Assembly (NCBI GenBank): GCA_012026655.1
Contig: JAAILG010001621.1
Location: 1-64,000 of the forward strand
Source: Hydrolagus affinis
Lineage: Eukaryota
Length of the DNA stretch: 64,000 nt
Reading direction: 5' to 3'
A model generated the notes under the pieces. The model saw only the letters and a list, made by a program, of their open reading frames with translations. It did not search any database and had not been told where the DNA came from. Each line of letters begins with the position of its first letter. The stretch's first letter is position 1. Positions 1 through 12,713 of the stretch are shown in pieces. The position numbers and the translations under genes were made by a program.

Positions 1-139
1 GAATGCGCGCGCACCCGGGATGCGCACGCACCCGGAATGCGCGCGCATGCGCAGTACGAAAAAATCGATATTTCGGTATATCTCGATATGAGCCCATCGA
101 TATATTTAATCGGGAAAATATCCATATCGACGTGCCCTA
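1..139. mobile_element. Right end of a CpG-rich, probably young non-autonomous DNA transposon (hAT-like TAGGG...CCCTA terminus), truncated by the window edge
   Basis: CpG-rich sequence ends abruptly at ...ATATCGACGTGCCCTA (139). It has subterminal ATCGATA-like motifs and an internal 17-bp tandem unit GAATGCGCGCGCACCCG x3. The other end and the TSD are not visible. Confidence 0.55.
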
Positions 140-3100
140 TAAGATACAATGCAGTTCACCTCAATTGCAGTTTTACTGCTGTAGAATATAACATGCAGGA
201 GGTATGGTAAAATATATTTGGATTTGGTTCTCATCTTGTAACAACCAAAAATCAACTGTTGCTGAATATCGGACCTGACGCCTCAAGAGTGGAAAAAGCA
301 TTAAAACAGAAAATAAGGTTTTAAACATGGAATCACTAAAAGAAAGATCACACTGCACAGACCATGTTCCTGTATGTAACACATCTCAGACCTGATATGA
401 CATTGATAAAGCACTCAAGCTTTGTTCCTGACATCATCTCAGCCTGAGGCGCAGTCCATTTTTGTAACAATGCAGACTGAGTGTTACCTTATGCAGCTAA
501 ATTAATACTGTGTGCATAGAGATTATTTTTTAAGGCAATTTTTTTTTCCACCTGTAATGAGTAAGGCTAGTTTCTTCACAAGCCTGGTTTGGGTTGTGAG
601 TTGAAAGCTGTTGAGCTTCATGTTATTCCATTCGATTAGTTTACCTTCAAAATCCAAGCTATTTTCAACCAGGTCATTTAGGGGGGAATGGATAACCTGC
701 TGATAAAAAAAAATCACTACAAAGGATCAGATGTGGAAACTCTCCCTCCAACCCCCCCACACCCTTCAAACCCTGACTATTAATTGGAGAAAGAAAGAAA
801 ATACAATCTCACATCTATTTTATTTATACACTTCAGTGGCCGGGCAGAAATTCTGTGAAGCTCACCCACTGGGTACAGCTCAACTTAGATAACAGGCAAC
901 GGTGGCACTTCCATCTGATCCCCAGCATGAAAATCCAGCATACACTAGCAACACATCACCTCGCAAAACCTCAGCATTCTCCCCGTTTATGAAAACCCAC
1001 AACTTCACCAGCTTTGCAAGAAAAGAAAACAAAAGGATTTAATAGAAACCAAGTTAAAACACTCTTATATTTCCTGAATGCTCACAATTCGACCATGAAA
1101 AGTTAAGTCACAGCACAACGGATTCTCAAAGCTGCCAGTTATCAATATGTGTGATACATAAGTTATAGTTGGTTTAAAAAACTGTTTACCATGACTTCAG
1201 CTCACGCTCTTTTTTTTCTGTTCGATTGGACCGGCACCAGGCAGATATGCGAAGCCTTCATCTCCACTCTCTACATGTGACAGAATAGAGTTAAGTCTGT
1301 ACTCTTTTAAGACTAAAAGTGTAAAGCCTTTCAAATCAATAATCAAGAAAGATTAAACAGATGGTGAGATTTCAGTTTTTTTAAAAATAAAAGTGCACCA
1401 TTTGACCAAATGAAATAGAGCACCACACCATCAGATTTTCAGCTCCCCATAAAAAGCAAATTAAAGAGGGTATTTAATGTGAGTTCTTTATTAGAGAAGG
1501 AGCAAGGAACCGTGGCAGTATATCAAATAAATGTTAGTGAAGGGGAATGTTGTGGAAAACTTCCCTACTAAAACGTCTCATATAGATAGTTTTTATATGT
1601 ACTGTACATATAATGTATATATGTTACTCTTCCTATACAATACTTTTGAAAAAATTTCGACTGCTATTTTATGGTAATAACAGGATCCTTTTCTAACTAT
1701 AAAGTGAAATTGTTGGACTTGTGCCAGCTATGGGGAGGCCCGTCTCTGCATGTTCCATTTGCACACGTTCTTTGCAATGTTTGTTCATGCAATGTCTCCT
1801 TTTGATATGCTGTGCTAAGTGATTTGGGCTATTTTTCTATCTTCTCTCTTCAGCATTTCTAAATAACCTTTTACTTTCCGAGCTTTGATTTCACTCTCCG
1901 CAGATCAGATATGCTATCTTACAGCTCAGATCTCTCTCTTTGTTGGCTCTGTCCTCCGAGTCTGGAGGTTTTGAGGCTGGCTCACCAAGGACCATCAGAT
2001 GCTGTCCTGCCATTTGCAGCCAAACTTCCACTGCTGAGGTTACTTTACAAAGACTCTCTTCATTTCAATCTCTGAAAAACGATTCATTGCTATCAAAATC
2101 CAACAGAATACATTAGAAGCCATTGCAAATTCTTCCTTAGTCGTTTGAAACAATATAGACAACAAACAGCCTACACCAAGCAGGAAGCCAGTACTTTCTT
2201 GAATGCTTAATACCTTTCGGTTTATGCAAAAGCTTGAGATATTGCCACTGTGCGTGAAGAAGGGCGTATATAAGTGCAAGTTATTGTTGTTGTATTGCTG
2301 ACAAAACCAAATAGATATGTTTCTTGAGAATGAAGACTTAAGTTTTTTTTCTCGCTGTCTGGTATTTTGAAAGAAATAACCCTCTTCACATTTTTAGCAA
2401 CTTTGTCTGGAAGACTGTTATAAGCGTGATAAAATAAAGTATCACACTTTCGCAAAAGCAGGAAGGTTTTGCCTTCCATCAAATCTATTATTGTTACTAT
2501 TCAACGTTTCAAAAATAGCAATTGAGATGGAATGCATGGCTACAAGCCTTTTTTCAATCTGGAGTTGAATGAGGTTCAGACTTCTGTGTAGTATACATAA
2601 CCTTGATTTGCCCTGAAGCCACAAAATGCAGACCCGATAGTGGAGGGACAAAAAATCCATCTTTACTTGAGAAATGTCGCCACAAGGTATTTGTGAGCAG
2701 CAGTAAGGATTAGAAAACAAAGACAATTCCACTTGTAAGGGTTTGAGAGGTCAGAGTATTTACTGCTAATCTCAGCACAAAGTAATCGCCATCATTCTCT
2801 AAAAAAAAAATTCTCTGACACTGCCAAGATGTGAAAAGCCTTAATTTATACAACTAGCCTGCAGTTTAAATTAACCTACTGTTATTAAAACTCATCTTCC
2901 ATCATTTACTATTAGGTGATGGTTTGCTGCACAATATTTTCCACCTTTGTGTTCAAATACTAATACAGCTACTATATAGACCAGATAAAGGAAACCAGTC
3001 TCCTTTAAATCTGCATCACTAGTTTCCACTAATTTATTGGTGCTGCTGACCTGAAAGGACCAAATTGTCCACCTGCCATCCTTCAGTTGCCAATTCAATG

Positions 3101-3777
3101 AGCACTAACAAAGTTTGCTATTATACAAGATATTTTATGATTCGATGGGGAAGGAACGCCATGGGTCAGGAGACAAATTTCAAGCTAACACAGTCTTAGC
3201 TGGTGTTCCCCTTATGTTACAGGAAGGATTCTGTACATTTTAGAGTCTCCTCTAAATAATTGGCAATGGATGTACAGCTTATACTGTCTTGGGACCCCCA
3301 TACAAACTAGCTGGGTACTGTTACATTGGACAAGTGCAGCACGAACACAATATATTGTACATTGGAGCAACTGTGAACCAATACAAAAGTGGCAGTTGCT
3401 TGTCATAGAGTGAATTTGCTTAGGATCTTAGTCAAAGCTCTCTGGAAGGACATTAAGCACACTTCTCTTGCAGTGTTCCACCTCAACTGCTCCAAGAAAA
3501 GAGTTAACATTGCTTTCTCACTAACCTCGCAATGGTGCTTGCTCTTTGAAAGGAAGGCACTGTCAGCCATCACTTTAACACCATCCAAGCAATTTACTGA
3601 TCTGACAGAGGGTTAAAAAGTGATTTCAAAGACAAACATTATTGAAACTGGAGTGACGGAAAGTCAGTCTATAATAGAAACACACACCGAATGTTTTTAC
3701 ATCTAGGGAAAGCAGAAGATAAACAGATTCCAACCGATCGTCAATGCGTTCAATAAGTCAAGATACTATTCAGAGCT

Positions 3778-3895
3778 GATAATAATAATAATATAATGAA
3801 TAATAAATAATCCGTGCATTCGATATAGTGTATTTCATGCCAGGAGGGTGTCTCAAATTGCTTTGCAGGATTTACTGTAGATTGTAGAAAGTGTG
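3778..3895 (-). mobile_element. 3' half of the abundant SINE, with (AAT)n tail
   Basis: AATAATAATCCGTGCATTCGATATAG...TCTCAAATTGCTTTGCAGGATTTACTGTAG matches the full-length copies at 18495 and 35947. Confidence 0.75.
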
Positions 3896-3909
3896 TATTG
3901 TCATATCAC

Positions 3910-3980
3910 CTCAGCGCCTTGGGACGTCCTCCAGACGTGAAAGGTGCTATGCAGATGTAATTTTGTTGTTGATGTTGTAA
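3910..3980 (+). mobile_element. L2-type LINE extreme 3' end
   Basis: CAGCGCCTTGGGACGTCCTCCAGACGTGAAAGGTGCTAT...TTTTGTTGTTG is the same terminus found on the longer copies at 10079 and 22200. Confidence 0.8.
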
Positions 3981-5135
3981 AAGAATTTGTGAAAGTTTAA
4001 GGAGAAAAACAGGAGTATATTAAAGCTCGCATAAGTCTGATCTGTATACATCATACAATCACCTAAGTCATGATTCTTCCCAAGTCCTATTGAATTTCCT
4101 ATAGCCTATGCAAGTTGCTGATAACTCACACTTTGCGTAAATCATATTAAACATATGGTCCCAACTGCTACGACGTATGTCAAGTTTATTTTAGGAATAG
4201 CCTACGTAGAAGAGGATCTTACAAAAATATAAAATGTGCAGAGTCAACCCTTTTTATTGCTAAAATCAAAGTGGAGGTTCCCTCTGGGGTCTGCCTTCTC
4301 AGAGGCAAAAGGATTTTAGTCAGTAACATGCACCTATCATTGCTTTTGTCCAGAAAATTACTTTTACAGATTTCCACCACAAGAATGTTTGGAATATCTG
4401 TGGGAAAAACCTTAACCAGATGGTTTTGTAGAATAATTGTTGCAAACAGTTTTTTTTGCATCAGCTGAGATAATGCGCTTGCACTGAAACCACTTTGTTT
4501 TTGCTGCAGATTTATGAATAATCACATCTGACAGTGTTGGGTCTCCGAGCATCAAATTGCAGCGCCCTTCAGAAACCCCAAAGGCCACTCCTTTCATATC
4601 ATCCTGGCAAAGTAGATTTTCTTCAACTTTCTGGCAAATGTTCTATGGTAAGGAACGTGCAAGGAAATTACGGATTCTTTTAAATGCAAGATTGTGAGAA
4701 TTAAACACGAAATGACAGGAGAAATGCAATTTTGTGGATCAAATATCTGGATACTGCTATGCGCTGCTTGTGAAATAATAGAAGTCCAAAGCAGTCTTAC
4801 CAGTTGAGGACCTTCTGTGGTAAAATTCTTATTTTCGGTCTCCTGGGCCACAACATATTCTCTGGCTGAGGCAGCAAGCCGGCGCACCCGTTGTTAGCCC
4901 TCTGTCAACAACACTCCTGATGTAGCCGCAAACCTATACAAGTTATTCTGACTTGCCCTGGTTTCCTTCTTGCCTTGAGCACAAGCTCAGAGCCTCCATT
5001 TCCACCCATGCGGATAAATGCATCATCCTGCCATGAGGTGACGCAACCAATTTGCCCACAAGTTGAATGCCAACCTTCCCAAATTACTGGTTTGGTTTGT
5101 ATGGCTCAGTCTCACACTAACCTGTAGGCAGCATA

Positions 5136-5454
5136 CAAGGGATGGAAAAGTCCCACAACGATAAGACGTGGCAAAAAGGGAATAACATTAATCCATCAAG
5201 GAAACTTGGAAGTGTCTTCCCAGTCTACATCTTTGGCACTTCGAGAATTAGTGGAGCATCGATAAGTAAAGGTACATATTCTAATCAGATCGGTCTCTTT
5301 GGTGGAAATGTTGAATCAGATCACCAACTATATATCAATGGGTCTTTGTGCATGTGACTCAAGCAACTGAGGAAATGCTTCCAGATTTCCTTGATGGTAT
5401 AATGTTATTCACTTTTTTGTATGTCTTATCTTCACAGGACTTTTCAAGCCCTTG
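5136..5454. mobile_element. MITE with ~90-bp imperfect terminal inverted repeats (possibly Tc1/mariner-type)
   Basis: 5136-5225 (CAAGGGATGGAAAAGTCC...CATCAAGGAAACTTGGAAG) is the reverse complement of ~5366-5454 (CTTCCAGATTTCCTTGATG...GGACTTTTCAAGCCCTTG). TA lies on the left and CA on the right. Confidence 0.75.
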
Positions 5455-5474
5455 CACACTACCCCACCGCCAAT

Positions 5475-5830
5475 TGTTTATTCAATGAATCTCTTGGCCA
5501 TGAGAAATCGAGCCATGTGCAAACCAGGAATACGGTTAGATAAAATTACATAGACAATACAGCACGAAAACAGGCGATTCAACTCAACTAATCCATGCCG
5601 TTGTTTATACTGAGCTTCAATGTCTGTGCTTAGTTAGCCCTTTGGCCTAAATACAATTGGCTTAAATACTCCTGAGCTAGAAGAAAAACAAATCAGCTGG
5701 GTTCCCCTCCAACCAGTCACTCTTTTGGGAAGCATAGCATCAGGCTTGGCTATGAATCTCTGCATAGTTTAACAGCTTCAAAAGTTCATTATTTAGGCTC
5801 ACACGAAGAATAGCCATTTGAGTAAGGTGC
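5475..5830 (+). mobile_element. LF-SINE-like ancient SINE, interrupted by a short CR1-type tail (~5548-5615)
   Basis: Colinear LF-SINE hallmark motifs: GAGCCATGTGCAAACCAGG, GTCTGTGCTTAGTTAGC, TACAATTGGC, AAATCAGCTGGGTTCCC, GGCTTGGCTATGA, TAGGCTCACACGAAGAATAGCCATTTGAGTAAGGT. Confidence 0.7.
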
Positions 5831-7611
5831 ACATGTGATTTTCGATGGAACGATATTACAGAGTTATAATTGTAGTGATTAATACCTAGCCCAACACAAG
5901 TTGGCATGTAAAGGATAGGAAGGAAAAGAAGAATATGCCCATCCTTTTATTATTATACTTATTATCCTCCAACACAAAACAGATATTTCCAGTTTTGTAT
6001 GCACTAATTACCAACATTGTGTCAACATAGGTTTGCACTGGGCATACACACCTTGAATGCAACCTCCACTTTTAGTACCTACATGTATCCTTACGATAGA
6101 TATTTACACAAGTACATCTGAGTGGCAATACATCCATAACCTGTATCACCCACCTCCCAATATAAACCGCTTTCTGCAGATTTGGAAAAAATGGAGCTGC
6201 CATATATATATTTATTTAAGATTCAAATTCAATTTGCATCATACAAAGGGCTGATGTGGAGGAAAGCTGCTTTGAGATCCAAGGCCGAGCACATATAATA
6301 TAGAGGGAGCCACACAGCATGCCATGGGTCTACAAAGCTATTAAAAATAGCTCCAATGTTCCATTCCTGTCCGAGTCTGCCAATTTGGCTTTGGGACAAT
6401 ACAGCAGCCCAAGAGACCCACTGATCTTCATACAGTATACATTGCAGAGACCCTTCCCAAAATAAAGATACTTAGGGCTCCCATACATTTTAATAAGTCC
6501 TGCCTAACACCTCTTTAAAACCGTGAATGAAATCTACATGAAATGAAGCACAGAACCAACTGCGGGAATAAGCAGGACTCTGCCAAGTTTCGGAGAGTGG
6601 TATGCGGGCTTTTATATATTATATTTATTACAAACTGCAATTGTACCTCTATAATCACATTCCATTCAATATTCAGCATCACTAAATAAGTATATAGCTG
6701 CTAGTGTCATAGGTGAATACAGCACAGAACTGCAATGCAACATTTAAGCATATACTTGATATAAAAAACAAGGGAAAATGCCAAATGAATCCAATTTCAC
6801 CCATAATACATTTTGCTCCAGTGGTACATTTCGACAGTAGCTTTTCTCCATCTACTTTTGCAGCTGCTCATCTGCATTACATTGGTCCATCATGGAGGGC
6901 AGACACAGAATGCCCTATGAATTCCAAAGTAAAATGTCAACAACTTTCTGTTGGGACTGAGTAATCACAACAGGGACAGTCACGTAAGGCACTTTGCAGC
7001 AGTCCAGCCGGGCACAACTCAACTCCCGTTGATTGTTGGGCTTGAGTTATCAGCACCTAGGGAGATTGAGACCTGTAACACTGAACTTTCTTGAACTTCC
7101 AGAGTGTTTCACTCTGGCATCTGTAAAATGGTATTTCCTTTTCAAATTTACATTGAAGACATTTGGCACTAGTAGCAAATTGATTTGAGCTTCAAAAGTT
7201 TTACAATCCATTCACAACTCATGGTGAGTTCTTCAAGCAGATTGAGACATGTGGCTTTAGTCAGGCACACCTCGGTGTATTTGCAGGGCTACACAATGAA
7301 TGGAAAAGTTCTGTATCAGCCAGATACTCTGTAATTTCCAAATGAAAGGAGATCGTGTATATTTTCTTGCATTCAATCCATAGGAAAGACAAAGTTGTTG
7401 CAAACTTAATGAGTCCTTCAAGTAAAAGAATTTTGCTTTCCAAAGGCTAATGTTCCATGCTGGTGTGAACTGTTTTTCACAAAGTGAACACTGACAGGAA
7501 TTCTAATAGACATCCAAGATAATGCGATAGAAATTGCTTCAAAATCTATAAGATGTCTGCACCCTTGAATTCAGTCAATTTTGAAATCCAAGGATTCCAT
7601 GCGTTCAGAGT

Positions 7612-7740
7612 ATAACAATAATATCAATAATCCTTATACTTGATGCAGCGCATTATCATGTCGTCGAAACATCTCAAAGCACTTCACAGGATTTACAGTA
7701 AAGTACAGTGTTTGTGTACTTTGTGAGTGAAATGCAGTTC
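7612..7740 (-). mobile_element. 3' fragment of the abundant SINE
   Basis: AATAATCCTTATACTTGAT...CATCTCAAAGCACTTCACAGGATTTACAGTAAAGT. Confidence 0.7.
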
Positions 7741-7839
7741 AGAGTGATGTTATTCTATGCAATCATTGATTGTTCGTTGTCAACAAATAAATTAGCTCCA
7801 GAAATATGGCACAAATTTTGTTCATTGTGAGAAAAACAC

Positions 7840-8060
7840 ATTTACCAGAGGCAGGAGCCACCGCCAAAGCCAACCCTGTTCATTCTAGATGTCCACCCAC
7901 CCACATCTAGCATGGGGGATATCATCAGGAATAGGAAGTCTGTTTGGTTTTTTCCCCCTCTAATCTCCTATTAGCTAATCAACTAACTCCTTTGAATCAG
8001 GAACCAATTGATTTAGCTTGAGTGTTCAGCTCAATACCACATACTGTATAACCCAAATAA
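7840..8060 (-). mobile_element. Decayed LF-SINE-like copy
   Basis: GCCAAAGCCAACCCTGTTC, GATGTCCACCCACCCAC, TTGGTTTTTTCCCCCTCTAA and TCAACTAACTC are reverse complements of LF-SINE motifs, in the expected order. Confidence 0.5.
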
Positions 8061-8584
8061 TGTGTGTTGTCCACCCAGTCATTAAAAGAAGTGGCAGTCG
8101 CATACTCCTTCCAATCTCACTTCACCCTCATCCCCCATACTGTGCAGAGTGACAACCAGCTTTTACCTCTTATTCACTGGTTATTGATCTGGAAGCTGCA
8201 GCCCTCAGGAGCTCAAGGATGTGGCGCACTTTAGTTCAGCTACAAATGCGGATGTTTGTATAATGTACCCTAAAATGGTCAAGGAGGAATTGCAAAGAAC
8301 AGAGAGACACTGCAAATAGGCTGAGATTGAACAGAAACAATAGAAACACTCGGACAGAACAAGGGAAGTGCATTTGTTCATCCAATGAAATGAGAAAGTT
8401 CAATGTATTCAGCAGTTCTTTATGGGGCCACTAAAAAAAAACTCCTCTCATGAGTCTTGGCTGATGGTCTGCTCCCTCACTAAAACATCTATTCTTCATT
8501 TGTGAGACAAGCCAACGAGTATTGGCAAGTAATGTGACTGGAGGTTGGAAAGAAAGCAGGCCAACAACATAGCAATGTCCTAAC

Positions 8585-8745
8585 AAGTGGCCACATGTGC
8601 TCACATCCAGGAGGATTCACTAGATGTTAATCAAAACTGCTTATCCCTTGCCTAATCCAAAAGTGCTCATTCCTACTGATATCTTTGGTGTGATCAGCTA
8701 ACGTGGTACATTCAAAGGATCGAGCCTGGTACAGTCCTGGTAACT
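8585..8745 (-). mobile_element. Decayed LF-SINE-like copy
   Basis: CCACATGTGCTCACATCCAGGAGGATTCACTAGAT...GATCAGCTAAC...GGATCGAGCCTGG. Confidence 0.45.
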
Positions 8746-10078
8746 TATACCTTGCTGTTCAATAGTTCTTCACAGGAGCAGGGATGGCAGCCGAGTAGTA
8801 CTGAATTAAACAGCATCTCTCTTATTACTGGAGCTAAACAGAAGTGGGGAAGGCGCTGCAGAACTTTTGTATGGTCTTACATGTGAGACCAGGCAGATTT
8901 ATTCTGGAAATAAACGTTGCAGAAGCTTGCACAAATGACATACAGCAATGATGGGTCATGGTAGGACGCCTTTTCTTTCCAAACTGGCTATTTTCACATC
9001 AAAGTAAACTCATGTTGTCAATAGTCTGCAGCCTCCATTTAATGCATTAACTGTTCCTATCTTGTTCACTTTTCAGTAGTCAATAACAGCTTCTCTCTAT
9101 CATCAGTGACACTGCACGATTTGGATTGCATAACCCAGACAGGGCTTCAACTACACATTACTGTATGTCATGGGGTCTACTGTACAGAACAGGGCATGCA
9201 CTGGATTATATCAAACCGCAATCCAGAGTGCTACACAAGTTCTCATTCCCACTCATAATTCATTTCTGCTTCTAAAAGGTTGACAGAAAGTCACAAATTT
9301 GATTCTACTCAGTCATGTATGTGTTTTTTTTAAAATATAGAACCATTTCAATTCGGAAATATAAATTCTCGTGTAAATTAAACATGCGAGAAGCGGTAAT
9401 AATCTGAGAATACAATATTACCATATTTCCTCAGTATCAGGCCATCAGATAAATCCAACCAGTACAGCCTTTTCAGGGTTCATAGGCACCACACAAGAGA
9501 CAACAATTCAGTCCATTGTGCCAGGGCTATACTTTCAGCTATGCATTGCTTTTGAAATGGCACCTTATCACATCTTCAATATGTCTCATATATAGGTGCT
9601 GTGTATTTTGTGGATGAAATAAGTTATTAATAGATAATAATCAAACCATAAATAATCTGTTTAGAGGTAATTTATTCTGCCATACTTTTGGTATATGTTC
9701 TGAATCTGAATGTATGGTATATGTTTCCATACCTAGACACAAATCCTGAGTGTGTTTGAAACAAGGGTATTACATATGGTTGACTCACAGCTCAACTCAT
9801 TTACACATCTTGATACAAGTAAAGGACCTGGATTAGCAGGAGTTTGCATTCCAGGTTTTTAGTGTAAGAGCCAGGAGTTTTCACAATGTTGCTAAGCAAC
9901 ACCTCTAAAATCAACAAAATAACATGCATCCTCTCTGGCACAATGGGTACCTGTTTATAAAACTAAAGCAGGTAACTCAAAGCCAACAAACAGAGTTATG
10001 TGAACTATCAGTTTCTGCTGGGCCTGGGAGTTCAAATTCAGGCACTCTCGGAGGCAAAAGCGAACTTGCTGTCAGCCT

Positions 10079-10396
10079 TACAACAACAACAACAACAACA
10101 AAATTGCACTTATAAAGCACCTTTCACGTCGGGAGGACATCCCAAAGCACTGAATAGTCAGGTCGGGTCCCAAGCCGGGGGGTGGAGGGTCAGGGTAGAG
10201 GGAAAGGGAAGGAGAGTGGGAGAGGGTGAAGACTTAGTGGGGCAGCTGAAGGCACGGTCAAAGAGGAAGGTCTTGAGACCGGCCTTGAAGGAGGAAAGGG
10301 AGGAAGCAAGGCAGAGGGGCTGCGGGATGGAGTTCCACAATGTGAGAGTAGAGAGGCTGAAAGCTCGGCCGCCGATGTTTGGGCGGTTAGGGCAGT
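10079..10396 (-). mobile_element. L2-clade LINE 3' end with (CAA)n tail
   Basis: (CAA)n tail, then a purine-rich 3' UTR. The minus-strand peptide ...WNSIPQPLCLASSLSSFKAGLKTFLFDRAF is the typical L2 ORF2 C-terminus. Confidence 0.9.
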
Positions 10397-10401
10397 GAGA
10401 T

Positions 10402-10815
10402 CAGGTACTTATCTGACAGCTACTCTGGTGTATGAGTTAGAAGGTTTGGGGTTCAAGCTCCACGTCCAGCTGACATTCCCAAACTGTGCTTGGAATAAGA
10501 TGTCTTGTTGGAGATGTCAACCTTTTGATGGGATGCTAAACCAAGGTCCCACTTGCATGTTCAGGTGGATATTAAAGATCCTATAGCCCTACTTGAAAAA
10601 GAGAAACACATTTCTCCCAGTGTCCGGGCAAACAACACCCAATGTAAAATTGGCCATCGATTCATTGCTGTTTGTGGGACATTGCTGTATGAAAATCGGC
10701 TATTACATTCAACTCCCAAATACACAGTCACTACACTACACGGTAAATCCTGTGAAGTGCTTTGAGACAGCCCCTGACCTGAAAGGCACTACATCAAATA
10801 CAAGGATTATTTAGT
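10402..10815 (+). mobile_element. Deu-domain SINE (SacSINE1/AmnSINE-like), near full length
   Basis: B-box GGTTCAAGCTCC. Deu motifs CTTTTGATGGGATGCTAAACCAAGG, TCAGGTGGATATTAAAGATCC and CATTGCTGTTTGTGGGACATTGCTGT. L2-like tail GTGAAGTGCTTTGAGAC...AAGGATTATT. Confidence 0.85.
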
Positions 10816-11721
10816 ATTAAACAAATGTTTGTATTGGCCCAACAAGGTAAACATGAAAAGATTGACTGATCCTTAAAAAATGTCAGAGAAACTCAAATCA
10901 TTTCACAATCCAGTCACCCTTCACCAAAGACCACCGTGAATGAAAGCAGTGGTTGTTTCTAAATTGAGATTAAGAACCACCTCATTAGCGCAAAACTTGT
11001 TATTTCAGAGCAATATTAATGGGCAATCAGAACATTTTGGATCAGGCCCACCATGTCTTCTTTTGTTGTCCGAGAATTCTAGGAAAGTAAATCAAGAAAC
11101 TGTACAGAAATAAACAGGCGCATCATGCCACCAACTAGGCTAACAAACAAACCTGAAGTACTGTACATAGTTACTATCTGGGACATCACAACTGTGTCAT
11201 CCTGATTTACAGTATTTATTGCAGACCAACACGCTGGATGAGTCTTGCCAATCAGGAGTTTAATATTGGAAGTCAGTCTATCTTGGCCAGCACAAGGCAA
11301 AAGAATAACATTAAAAGCTCTCTGGTGCATTGCCAGAAAACATCGACTCAGCTGAACTGAAATGACAGGAGTTGTATTAAAGCATGAATAAAACTTTCTG
11401 TGGCTCACATTTTCACTGAAAACTACCAGCAACTCTCCCAGTCTCACGCTGCAGGAAAGATGTAGCTGATACTAATAATTAAATCGAACCACAGAGACAC
11501 CGTGATATGGTATGACATCATAAATGTGAAAAACAGAAATATTTGAAGCCTTTTCCATAAAGTGATTTGCAATTTTTTTCTCCAAAAAGCAAGAACTAAG
11601 AGCTCAACTGTACTAACAGCCAAATGTGAAAATCCATAAACCCAGCCACAACATTTTGAAGAGGTTTTGCTTTTCAGTACAATTAATCATTTAAAAAAAA
11701 CTTAGAAAGCAATGCACTTAC

Positions 11722-11816
11722 CTCACAGCTATCCGGCTGGATGTGAGAGATGCATTTCTGTGCTGGAAATGTTGTGAGCTAGCAGGACTTCTGCCCTCCA
11801 CAGCCTTTCAAGCAGT
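11722..11816 (-). other. Candidate non-coding (or poison) exon
   Basis: Minus-strand acceptor CTTCTTTTCCACAG and donor GAG|GTAAGT, 95 nt, stops in all three frames. No transcript evidence. Confidence 0.2.
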
Positions 11817-12402
11817 CTGTGGAAAAGAAGTCTACATAAGTGACTACAGCCAGAAGAATGAAGCTCACGCCCCCCAGTCTCTGCAGCCAGTAGCACAGGA
11901 TTTTGTGTGGAAGTAGAAGCCAAGAAAGACAACTTGATTTATCTGCCTGAAGTCCTGCCCAGTTCTTGGCAACAAACTGACAAGAGAGTCACTCACTGCC
12001 CATTGTAAATGGACAGTCTTTGCCAAGCATCTAAATTACTTCTGTAATCAGCTCTCTGGGGAAGGTTTTTAATTAAAATACCATTATCAAATGTCAAATA
12101 ATGCATGATGTCTATGATTAGAAAAGTACAGTACTTGCAATGACAGGGTCCTACATTTCTGCTAGAAAGAGGAATGATATCAGTTTTGATAACTATCATT
12201 TCAACATCAAACAACAATCAGCTTATATTTATTTTTTTCCTGTGGTTTGAGAATGTAGTGGGACAGCGCACTACTCTCAGCAACAAGAACCGAAAAATGA
12301 ATGGATGGATGAGGTTTTGCCTTAGACCAGTGTGGCAGTCGTCACATTCTAAATGTGATATCCCCATCGCTGAGGTGTCCGCTCCCGAAGCAATCTGCAA
12401 AT

Positions 12403-12713
12403 ATAATAATCTTAATCTGTGGATCACATCATGAGATGTCTCAAAGTACTTCAAAGAAGTACAGCAGCCAACTGTGCACAGCAGTATCCCAAAACAGCCA
12501 TGGATTGGGTAACCAAATTCTTGGAGGGGAGGGATTATTACCCCCAAAAGGAGATCTACCAATTGACTAACAACTGTGTTCCTACTTACTTCTAGGTAAA
12601 CAGAGGCGGTGTGGAATAAAGAAACTTGCCTAAGGTCTTGCCCCGCCTGGGAATCAAACCTGGGTCCTCTCGCTTGTGAAGCGAGTGCACTAACCACAAT
12701 TCTACAAGACTCC
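12403..12713 (-). mobile_element. tRNA-derived SINE, long variant with extended CORE-like segment
   Basis: Sense strand: GGAGTC..tRNA head..CCTTAGGCAAGTTTCTTTATTCCACACCGCCTCTGTTTACCTAG, then Deu-like GCTGTTTTGGGATACTGCTGTGCACAGTTGGCTGC, then the tail. Confidence 0.85.

Noticed and set aside
10000-10398. 132-aa ORF with poly-Q
   Set aside because: It is the antisense reading of an L2 3' end, and the poly-Q is the (CAA)n tail.
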